Shown one piece after another: positions 57,651 through 64,000 of a stretch of DNA of 64,000 nt. A program made the position numbers and the translations under genes. How positions within the stretch are numbered: the stretch's first letter is position 1; the number at the start of each line of letters is the position of its first letter. Origin of the DNA: Azospirillum sp. CAG:239 (GTDB lineage: Bacteria > Bacillota_I > Bacilli_A > RFN20 > CAG-449); contig CAVJWU010000001.1 in the NCBI GenBank assembly GCA_963653535.1, positions 45,030 through 109,029 on the forward strand. Reading direction: 5' to 3'. The notes beneath the pieces are model-generated. The model saw only the letters and a list, made by a program, of their open reading frames with translations, was not told the origin of the DNA and ran no database searches.

Positions 57651-58052
57651 ATGGATATAAATGATTACATGAAATTAATGAAAAAACCTAACTATGTATT
57701 AATATCTTCTTATGCTAGTTTAGTTCTAGGCGGTATTCTTGCCTTCGTTAGTTTATTTGTTGGATTTCCAGCTTTCATTTACACCTTATCAATCGGTTTA
57801 GTTTTTATCCTTTATTTCTTAATTTATTTTATTATTCGTAAAGTAAGAAATAGAGAAAATAAAATTAAGGTTAAAGATGTAAAAGAAAAGAAATACAAGG
57901 TGCAAAAACCAATTAAAATTGATGGTGATGATTCACGAATCATTTCGATTTGTCCGGCGTGTCAAAAGAAAATCCGACTACCAAATAAAAAAGGACTTCA
58001 CGATGTGACGTGTCCAGTTTGTCATCAAAAATATAAAATTAAAATAAAATAA
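57651..58052 (+). CDS. Membrane protein (2 transmembrane helices) with a C-terminal CxxC...CxxC zinc ribbon
   Basis: ICPACQKKIRLPNKKGLHDVTCPVCHQKYKIKIK. AGGAG RBS. Confidence 0.45.
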   Translation: MDINDYMKLMKKPNYVLISSYASLVLGGILAFVSLFVGFPAFIYTLSIGLVFILYFLIYFIIRKVRNRENKIKVKDVKEKKYKVQKPIKIDGDDSRIISICPACQKKIRLPNKKGLHDVTCPVCHQKYKIKIK

Positions 58053-58063
58053 AAATTATGTAT

Positions 58064-58113
58064 AAACCTCCTTAAAAGTGCTAAACTATTGTGTAGTTTA
58101 TAGGAGGTTTTTA
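58064..58113 (+). promoter_or_regulatory. Two-tier hairpin that sequesters the RBS of the downstream COG0523 gene. It may also act as a terminator.
   Basis: Outer stem aaacctcct (58064-72) pairs with aggaggttt (58102-10), which is the AGGAGG Shine-Dalgarno sequence. Inner stem taaact/agttta. Followed by TTTTTATT and then the ATG at 58116. Confidence 0.4.
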
Positions 58114-58115
58114 TT

Positions 58116-59390
58116 ATGGTAAAAATTGATATTATATCTGGCTTCTTAGGCGCAGGTAAAACCACATTAATCAAAAAATTATTTGAAGCAAAGAAACTTA
58201 AAGAAGAAAAAGTTGTTTTAATAGAAAATGAATTTGGTGAAATCGGTATTGATGGATCATTCTTAAAAGAATCAGGCATCAATATTAAGGAAATTAACTC
58301 TGGATGTATTTGTTGTTCTTTAGTTGGAGATTTTTCTAAATCAATGAAAGAATTAATCGCTCAATATAATCCTGATAGAATTATTATTGAACCTTCAGGA
58401 GTAGGCAAACTTTCTGATATTATCGGAGCAGTTGGAAAAGTTGATGAAGATTTAAAAATTAATATTCTTGCAACTGTCGTCGACGGTGGCAAAACCAAAA
58501 TGTATATTAAAAATTTTGGTGAATTCTTTATTAACCAAGTCTCTTCATGTGACTCTGTAGTTATTGGTAAGGTCGATAAAATTTCTGAAGATAAACTTGT
58601 TGAAGCAGTTAATGCAGTAAAAGAAATTAATGAAAAGGCTAATATTTTAACTACTGATATTCAAACTCTTGATGGTGATAAATTATTAGCATTCTTAGAA
58701 GAAAAAGTTTCTTTAAAAGATGATTTAATTAAAGAAACTCTTGCTTCTTTACATGATGAAGATGAATGCGATGATCCAAATTGTTCTTGCCATCATCATC
58801 ACCATCATCACGATGATGACGAAGAAGAACATGATCACGAATGCTGTTGCTGCCATCATGATGAAGACGAAGAAGAGCATGAACATCATCATCATCACCA
58901 TCATGATGAAGACGAGGAAGAACATGATCACGAATGCTGTTGCTGCCATCATGATGAAGACGAAGAAGAGCATGAACATCATCATCACCATCATCACGAT
59001 GATGACGAGGAAGAACATGATCACGAATGTTGCTGCTGCCACCATGATGAAGATGAAGAAGAACATGAACATCACCATCACCACCATCATCATCACGGCC
59101 ATGATGCAGATGAAGTATTTACTTCTTGGGGAGAAGAAACTCCTAGAGCCTATTCTCATGATGAATTAGAAGCAATTTTAAAAGCTCTCTGTGATGAAAA
59201 TGCTCCTTATGGAGTTATCCTTCGTTCAAAAGGTATATTAAAAGCAAGCGATAATGAAAAATGGTATTATTTTGATTTAGTCGCAGGAGATTATGAAATT
59301 AGATTAGGTGAACCAGATTATACTGGTAGAATTGTTGTTATCGGTTCACATATTGATGAAGCAAAAATTGCATCATTATTTAAAAAGTAG
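58116..59390 (+). CDS. COG0523-family G3E GTPase (CobW/ZigA/YciC-like zinc metallochaperone) with a very large His/Cys/Asp/Glu-rich insert
   Basis: Walker A GFLGAGKTT, the metal-binding motif GCICCS, and EPSGVG. The insert begins CSCHHHHHHHDDDEEEHDHECCCCHH... and is followed by a CobW_C-like C-terminus. Confidence 0.8.
   Translation: MVKIDIISGFLGAGKTTLIKKLFEAKKLKEEKVVLIENEFGEIGIDGSFLKESGINIKEINSGCICCSLVGDFSKSMKELIAQYNPDRIIIEPSGVGKLSDIIGAVGKVDEDLKINILATVVDGGKTKMYIKNFGEFFINQVSSCDSVVIGKVDKISEDKLVEAVNAVKEINEKANILTTDIQTLDGDKLLAFLEEKVSLKDDLIKETLASLHDEDECDDPNCSCHHHHHHHDDDEEEHDHECCCCHHDEDEEEHEHHHHHHHDEDEEEHDHECCCCHHDEDEEEHEHHHHHHHDDDEEEHDHECCCCHHDEDEEEHEHHHHHHHHHGHDADEVFTSWGEETPRAYSHDELEAILKALCDENAPYGVILRSKGILKASDNEKWYYFDLVAGDYEIRLGEPDYTGRIVVIGSHIDEAKIASLFKK
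58827..59105 (+). repeat. In-frame 93-bp tandem repeat (3 copies) encoding 31-aa His/Cys/acidic modules
   Basis: gaacatgatcacgaatgctgttgctgccatcatgatgaag recurs at 58827, 58920 and 59013. The encoded unit is HDHECCCCHHDEDEEEHEHHHHHHHDEDEEE. Confidence 0.8.
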
Positions 59391-59396
59391 GTGTCT

Positions 59397-60344
59397 ATGA
59401 AGAAAATTCCAGTATTTTTTATAAATGGTATGCTTGATTCAGGTAAATCAACCTTTATTATTGATACATTAAAGAGTGATCAACCTGAAGACGGTAAATT
59501 AATGAAGACTTTAATTGTTTGTTGTGAACAAGGAGAAGTAGAATATTCTAAAGAAATTTTAACTAGTACTAATACCGAAATTATTTATTTTGAAAATGAA
59601 AGTGATTTTGATTACAAAGTTCTCGATAAAGAAATTAAGAGAGTTAAACCAGATCGTATTGTAATTGAAATGAATGGTATGTGGGAATTAACTAAATTAC
59701 AATTCCCAAGAAATATTGAAATTGTTCAAGTTGTTTCATTTATCGATGCAACAACATTTGCAATTTATTTCAATAATATGAGACAAAAGTTCAATGATAT
59801 GATTTCTAGAAGCCAAATTGTTTGTTTTACTAAACTCACATCTAAAGATCAAATTGAACCTTATCAAACAGCTTTGAAATTAATTAATAATCGATGCGCA
59901 TATTATATTTTTGATGAAAATTTAAAAGCAAGTGATGCATTTGAAGAACCTCTTCCATATGATATTGATGCTCCAATCATTAAAATTTCTGAAAGTGATT
60001 ATCCAACTTTCTACGTTGATACTTTTGATCATAAAGAAAGATATGAAGGTAAAACAGTTGAATATGATGCGATGATTTTTATTACTGATAAATTACCAAA
60101 AAATCAATTTATCGCAGGTAGAATGATTATGAATTGCTGCGCGAACGACGTTCAACTTTATGGCTTTTTAGCTATCGATAATCTCGGAGTTGAACTTAAA
60201 AATAAATGTTGGGCACATATCGTCGCGAAAATATCATATGAATTCTCTGAAGAATATAATGAAGAAGAATTAATTTTAAATCCAACATCCATTACTTTAA
60301 TTGATGGAAAAGGTAAAGAAGAAATATTAAATATGACTGCATAG
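59397..60344 (+). CDS. Divergent COG0523-like P-loop NTPase paralogue lacking the canonical CxCC motif
   Basis: FFINGMLDSGKSTFI (Walker A), LIVCCEQGEVEY, and IVIEMNGM in place of EPSG. The ATG at 59397 follows an AGGTG RBS. The ORF track's GTG at 59391 is the alternative start. Confidence 0.45.
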   Translation: MKKIPVFFINGMLDSGKSTFIIDTLKSDQPEDGKLMKTLIVCCEQGEVEYSKEILTSTNTEIIYFENESDFDYKVLDKEIKRVKPDRIVIEMNGMWELTKLQFPRNIEIVQVVSFIDATTFAIYFNNMRQKFNDMISRSQIVCFTKLTSKDQIEPYQTALKLINNRCAYYIFDENLKASDAFEEPLPYDIDAPIIKISESDYPTFYVDTFDHKERYEGKTVEYDAMIFITDKLPKNQFIAGRMIMNCCANDVQLYGFLAIDNLGVELKNKCWAHIVAKISYEFSEEYNEEELILNPTSITLIDGKGKEEILNMTA

Positions 60345-60357
60345 AAAGGAGATAACT

Positions 60358-61173
60358 TTGGCTAAAGACGTTAACAAAATTAATGACTATAAAAAGATTA
60401 AAGAACAAAAAGATTTAACTTTTAATGGTATGAGTGCGACTGAATGGGCAAAACATTCTAAGAGTGTTTATAAAGATATTCCTCCGATGAAGGAAAATGA
60501 ACATTTCGATGAAATGAAAATCATTCCTTTAGAACTTATTGATCGTTTAATCAATATTTATTCTAAAGAAGAAGACAAGATTCTCGATCCATTCATGGGC
60601 TCAGGAACATCAATTATTTCTGGTATTAGAAATAATAGATTTTGTTATGGCTATGAAATTAGTGAAAAGTACTTTATTCATGCAGAAAATAATATTATGT
60701 CTTCCCTTAACTTACTTGTTAATGGAGAATATAAAATCTTTAATGAAGATTGTTTAGAAGGTTTAAAAAAATTAAATGAAGGTGAAATTCAACTTACTTT
60801 ATCTTCTTTAAGCTTACCTATTAATAAAAGAAAAAAGAAATATGAATATGATTTAAGAATTTTTGATAATTTAACTTATGAAGAATATCTTTCACGTTTA
60901 GAAAGTGTATTAAGTGAAGTTTATCGTGTGACTAGAAAAAATGGTTATGTCGCATTAATTGTTGAAGATTATCGAAATATAAAGAATGATATTCCTTATG
61001 TTGAATTTCATTCCGATATTGCAAAAGTTGGTCAAAAAGTTGGTTTCCTTTATCAAGATGTAATTATTTATGATCATAACGATCAAAGAGGACTCTTATT
61101 ACAAGGTTATCCAAATATCTTCTATGCAAATTTAAATCATGATTACATCGTTATTTTAAGAAAGGCTAAATAA
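60358..61173 (+). CDS. DNA-methyltransferase-like (N6/N4 MTase domain) protein with atypical motif order; uses a TTG start
   Basis: HFDEMKIIPLELIDRLINIYS...ILDPFMGSGTSIISGIRNNRFCYGYEISEKYF matches the SAM-binding FxGSGT block and its flanks in beta-class DNA MTases. No canonical DPPY motif lies upstream; a possible degenerate NDIPY lies downstream. AGGAG RBS sits 7 nt before the TTG. Confidence 0.5.
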   Translation: MAKDVNKINDYKKIKEQKDLTFNGMSATEWAKHSKSVYKDIPPMKENEHFDEMKIIPLELIDRLINIYSKEEDKILDPFMGSGTSIISGIRNNRFCYGYEISEKYFIHAENNIMSSLNLLVNGEYKIFNEDCLEGLKKLNEGEIQLTLSSLSLPINKRKKKYEYDLRIFDNLTYEEYLSRLESVLSEVYRVTRKNGYVALIVEDYRNIKNDIPYVEFHSDIAKVGQKVGFLYQDVIIYDHNDQRGLLLQGYPNIFYANLNHDYIVILRKAK

Positions 61174-61174
61174 A

Positions 61175-61852
61175 ATGGCAGGAACAACTAAAGTTATTGA
61201 AATAAATGAAAATGTTTACGCTTCTAATGATTTAGCCGCGGATTCGTTAAGAAAATATTTAAAAGAACAAGGTGTTTACATGCTTAATTTTATGTCTTCA
61301 CCTGGAAGTGGTAAAACTACTACTCTAATTAAATTAATTAATGCTTTAAAAGATAAATATCATATTGCATTAATGAATGTTGATATTAAAACAAGTCTAG
61401 ATGCAAATAAAATAGCGTTAAATACCGGCATTGATACATTAAATATTAATAATGGAGGATTATGCCATATTGATGCAGATATGACTACTAGAGCGATTAA
61501 AAATATTGATTTAAGTAATATTGATTTACTTATCTTAGAAAATATTGGTAATCTAGTTTGCCCTGCTGAATTTGATACAGGTGCGAATAAAAACGTCATG
61601 ATATTATCGATTCCTGAAGGTGATGATAAGCCATTAAAATATCCTTTAATGTTTTCTAAATGTGATTTAATTTTAATTAATAAAATTGATGTCATAGATT
61701 ATTTTAATTTTAATTTTAATAAAGTAGATAAATATATTCATGATATTAATAAGAACGCAAAAATATTAAATATATCCGCGAAAACTAATGAAGGTATTGA
61801 TGAACTTAGTTCTTTAATAAGCGAAGAAATAGAAAAAAATAAACTTAATTAA
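61175..61852 (+). CDS. hypB: HypB-type nickel-insertion GTPase (G3E family)
   Basis: MSSPGSGKTTT Walker A, ENIGNLVCPAEFD, and LSIPEGDDKPLKYPLMF together form the HypB signature. No His-rich or CxxCGC N-terminus. Confidence 0.8.
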   Translation: MAGTTKVIEINENVYASNDLAADSLRKYLKEQGVYMLNFMSSPGSGKTTTLIKLINALKDKYHIALMNVDIKTSLDANKIALNTGIDTLNINNGGLCHIDADMTTRAIKNIDLSNIDLLILENIGNLVCPAEFDTGANKNVMILSIPEGDDKPLKYPLMFSKCDLILINKIDVIDYFNFNFNKVDKYIHDINKNAKILNISAKTNEGIDELSSLISEEIEKNKLN

Positions 61853-61877
61853 TCACTCGTTATAGAGTGATTTTTTA
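61851..61877 (+). terminator. Rho-independent terminator
   Basis: aatcactc-gttata-gagtgatt followed by TTTTTTATTT. Confidence 0.55.
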
Positions 61878-61943
61878 TTTAATAAACGTAAGATTTAAAG
61901 TAAGCGTCAATTCACTTCATTACATTATATATTTATTAATTTA

Positions 61944-61972
61944 TTGAATCAAAAATAATTAAATGATACAAT
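61944..61972 (+). promoter_or_regulatory. Candidate strong promoter with an extended -10 box
   Basis: TTGAAT (61944-49), a 17-nt spacer, then TGaTACAAT (61964-72). Confidence 0.4.
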
Positions 61973-61978
61973 TTAAGT

Positions 61979-62086
61979 GTAATGATTGCTAACAATTTCT
62001 TGATATTTTAAATATTCCCTAAGGGATGTTAACATTACTATTAAATCTCCTTTAGGTCAAAACTTAAAGGAGATTTTTGTTTTTTA
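61979..62086 (+). ncRNA. Candidate small RNA or leader transcript of about 108 nt: promoter, then a short structured RNA, then a strong terminator
   Basis: The transcript is bounded by the promoter above and the terminator at 62043-62086. It contains only 9-codon ORFs. Confidence 0.3.
62043..62086 (+). terminator. Strong rho-independent terminator
   Basis: aaatctccttta-ggtcaaaact-taaaggagattt (12-bp stem) followed by TTTTTGTTTTTT. Confidence 0.6.
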
Positions 62087-62104
62087 GGAAAGGTAGGTGG
62101 CTTT

Positions 62105-62239
62105 ATGAAAAATAAAATTTATTTGATATTGGGAGTGATACTATGTATTTAGTTAGTAACTAGTTGTGATGATAGTATAACTAGTTCAAATTTAAATATT
62201 GAAATTAGAAAAACGTTATTCAACTACGTTAAAAGTTGA
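62105..62239 (+). pseudogene. Decayed lipoprotein gene start: signal peptide interrupted by an in-frame TAG
   Basis: AGGAAAGG RBS, then ATG. Translation reads MKNKIYLILGVILCI-TAG-LVTSCDDSITSSN..., ending at the TGA at 62237. Confidence 0.3.
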
Positions 62240-62307
62240 AAGAAAGGAAAACGTATATTTATAATAATTCTTTAAATGGGTCAAACATAATATACCAGGA
62301 AGAAAAT

Positions 62308-64000
62308 ATGAAATTTAAAATTATTACATTGCTTATTTCAAGTATATTTGCTATACAAAGTTATTCAAGTGTTCCTATTAATAATTCTGCGAATATTTCG
62401 CAAATAGATACTAATGAAGCACCTGAAATAGTGAAAATCAATCAAAGTTATTTTATTGATGGTGTTGAAATTAAAGATAGTTCAGAATTAATAAATAATA
62501 ATCAAACATCTGTATCTTTGACAACAACAGCATCTGTTTCAAATTGGAATATGGTCAGCAAAAATCTTGATACTGGAACACTTGATTTCTTTTATTTTGA
62601 TCAAGATCATTATATATATAGACAATTTGCATATGACGAAGAACAAAATACATCAGCTTTAACTACAACTTCTATATTTTCTAACACTTCAACATTGAAT
62701 GATTACTCTAATATTGAATGTGCAGAAACAGAAACTTTCATCAATACAGATGGTTCAATTTCATTAGTCACTGAGGGGTACGATCCAGACGTTATTGATA
62801 CTAATGATGAATATAGTTTGATTACATTTGGTGTTATTGGAGATGATGATAGAACAGTTGTAAGTGATACAACAACAGGAATGTATAAATGTGCTGGTAA
62901 TATTGTTGCAAAATATAATGTTCAAAATTTAAAGACAGGTAATGTTGATGCATTATATTATGGTAGCACAGGGTTTATGGAAGGACCTGATATTTTAGTA
63001 ACCGCTGGACACTCAGTCTATGGTGACGTTACAAGTGGAAATGAAAATTATGAAGATAATCTTTTTAATCCAAGATTTCCAGATGAAATTTATTATTATC
63101 CAGCTCGTAATGGAAATTCTAAGCCTTATGGTGGTGTTACAGTTGAGAGAATTTACCTTGAAAAAAGTTACTATCAAGAAACTACAAAAGATTGGGCTTG
63201 CTGTAAATTAAGTTCAAAAATTGGTAATACCACTGGTTGGTTTGGGAAAATTAGTTATTTTTATCAAGAAAACTATGCTATAAAGACAATTGGATATCCA
63301 AGTACTGGAAATTCACAAATGTATGAATCTTCTGGTAATATGATTTACTTTGAATCTAGTGAAAATGGATATTATTATAGAACAAATTTAGATGCAGATG
63401 GAGGTCAAAGTGGTTCTCCATACATCATTAATTTAAATGGAAATAATTATGTTTGTGGAATACATACTTATGCAGTAATATATACAAGTTCTGGTGAAAC
63501 AGCATACACTGGTGGAATAAGAATTGATGGCATTATGTTTGCTTTCTTGAATAGCTTTGTTACATCAGAAAGTTTATATGATATTAAAATTGATGATTAC
63601 GGATTTGCTGATGATTACCCAACAGATGATGACACAAAGAATAATTTTATTACACATAATTTAAGTAATGGTTTGTCTTTTAGAACAAGAAGATATAGAA
63701 CTGGTTATATTCAACAAGAATACATTGTTATGTCACCTATTAGAGATAATATTCCTGAAATGAAAGCATACATAGAATACTCATTTAATAGACCTATTGA
63801 AAAGATGAATGTAGATTTAACAATGTGGAGATCATCTACTATAGAATTAATTACTAGTTCTAACGGAAATGCATATTTGCAAGTACCTGGTGCTGATGGA
63901 TGGGTAAATCAATTAGATTTACTATCTTCGGAAACTGCACTTCCAACCGATAGAACACAACCAAAAACTTATACAATAGAATTTGAAACGCCAGTATATT
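62308..64000 (+). CDS. Secreted trypsin-like serine protease of the glutamyl-endopeptidase/V8 type (S1B). Only the N-terminal part is present; it continues past the window end.
   Basis: Signal peptide MKFKIITLLISSIFAIQSYSS. VTAGHSV carries the catalytic His, DWACCKL the catalytic Asp, and GGQSGSPY the catalytic Ser in a GDSGGP-like motif. Confidence 0.65.
   Translation, partial: MKFKIITLLISSIFAIQSYSSVPINNSANISQIDTNEAPEIVKINQSYFIDGVEIKDSSELINNNQTSVSLTTTASVSNWNMVSKNLDTGTLDFFYFDQDHYIYRQFAYDEEQNTSALTTTSIFSNTSTLNDYSNIECAETETFINTDGSISLVTEGYDPDVIDTNDEYSLITFGVIGDDDRTVVSDTTTGMYKCAGNIVAKYNVQNLKTGNVDALYYGSTGFMEGPDILVTAGHSVYGDVTSGNENYEDNLFNPRFPDEIYYYPARNGNSKPYGGVTVERIYLEKSYYQETTKDWACCKLSSKIGNTTGWFGKISYFYQENYAIKTIGYPSTGNSQMYESSGNMIYFESSENGYYYRTNLDADGGQSGSPYIINLNGNNYVCGIHTYAVIYTSSGETAYTGGIRIDGIMFAFLNSFVTSESLYDIKIDDYGFADDYPTDDDTKNNFITHNLSNGLSFRTRRYRTGYIQQEYIVMSPIRDNIPEMKAYIEYSFNRPIEKMNVDLTMWRSSTIELITSSNGNAYLQVPGADGWVNQLDLLSSETALPTDRTQPKTYTIEFETPVY

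Noticed and set aside
57651-58052. The zinc-ribbon protein considered as the missing HypA partner of HypB
   Set aside because: HypA is soluble and has an N-terminal MHE nickel site. This protein has two transmembrane helices and no MHE, and only its C-terminal CxxC-x15-CxxC resembles HypA.
57600-58115. Search for a Zur box (TCGTAATnATTACGA) or a NikR box upstream of the metallochaperone cluster
   Set aside because: No match was found by eye, so regulation by Zur or NikR cannot be asserted.
58790-59105. The repetitive array examined as a possible CRISPR array
   Set aside because: The repeats are directly tandem with a 93-nt period and no unique spacers. They are in frame within a CDS and no cas genes are nearby.
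58741-59169. ORFs of 142 aa (+) and 136 aa (-) overlapping the His-rich region. Both are rich in M/I/T/K.
   Set aside because: These are alternative-frame and antisense translations of the 93-bp tandem repeat inside the COG0523 gene. They have no RBS and their composition is driven by the repeat.
1-64000. Mobile elements, prophage and CRISPR-Cas
   Set aside because: There are no transposase, integrase, phage-structural or cas-like ORFs, and no terminal inverted repeats or direct-repeat arrays apart from the intragenic His-rich repeat.

Overview
This is a 64 kb chromosomal segment from a very AT-rich (about 30% GC) bacterium. The long reading frames are not broken by TGA and tryptophan is encoded by TGG, so the genetic code is standard. 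Frequent lipoproteins with the L-x-S-C lipobox and strong GGAGG ribosome-binding sites point to a low-GC Firmicute or wall-less relative such as Erysipelotrichia or Acholeplasma. I found no rRNA genes, tRNA genes, CRISPR arrays, transposases or integrases.

Gene content in order along the window:
- A partial carboxylesterase and a glycoside/pentoside/hexuronide (GPH) family symporter.
- A phospho-ester scavenging set: a tyrosine-phosphatase-like lipoprotein, a glycerophosphodiester phosphodiesterase and a major facilitator (MFS) transporter.
- Two tandem Ser/Thr-rich secreted proteins with unusual signal peptides resembling those cleaved by the SipW signal peptidase.
- A TetR regulator, and a membrane protein fused to an XRE-type helix-turn-helix.
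- A lipase-class-3 lipoprotein translationally coupled to a P-type cation ATPase.
- A heterodimeric ABC exporter.
- A SAM-I riboswitch with its own promoter and terminator, upstream of a pduL-like gene, a TSCPD-domain gene, metK and cysE.
- hpf, two HAD-family hydrolases, and a divergently transcribed TetR regulator next to an MMPL transporter and a 1227-aa surface protein built from GLUG-motif repeats.
- A radical SAM protein, a phosphofructokinase, type III glutamine synthetase, trkAH, a Na/Pi cotransporter, galK, a sugar nucleotidyltransferase and potABCD.
- A metallochaperone cluster with three G3E-family GTPases, one carrying a His/Cys-rich insert encoded by in-frame 93-bp tandem repeats, plus a DNA-methyltransferase-like protein in their midst.
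- A candidate small RNA, a decayed lipoprotein gene start, and a partial V8-like serine protease at the window end.

Many rho-independent terminators are visible, and several of them overlap stop codons. All calls rest on motif recognition by eye; no database searches were run.
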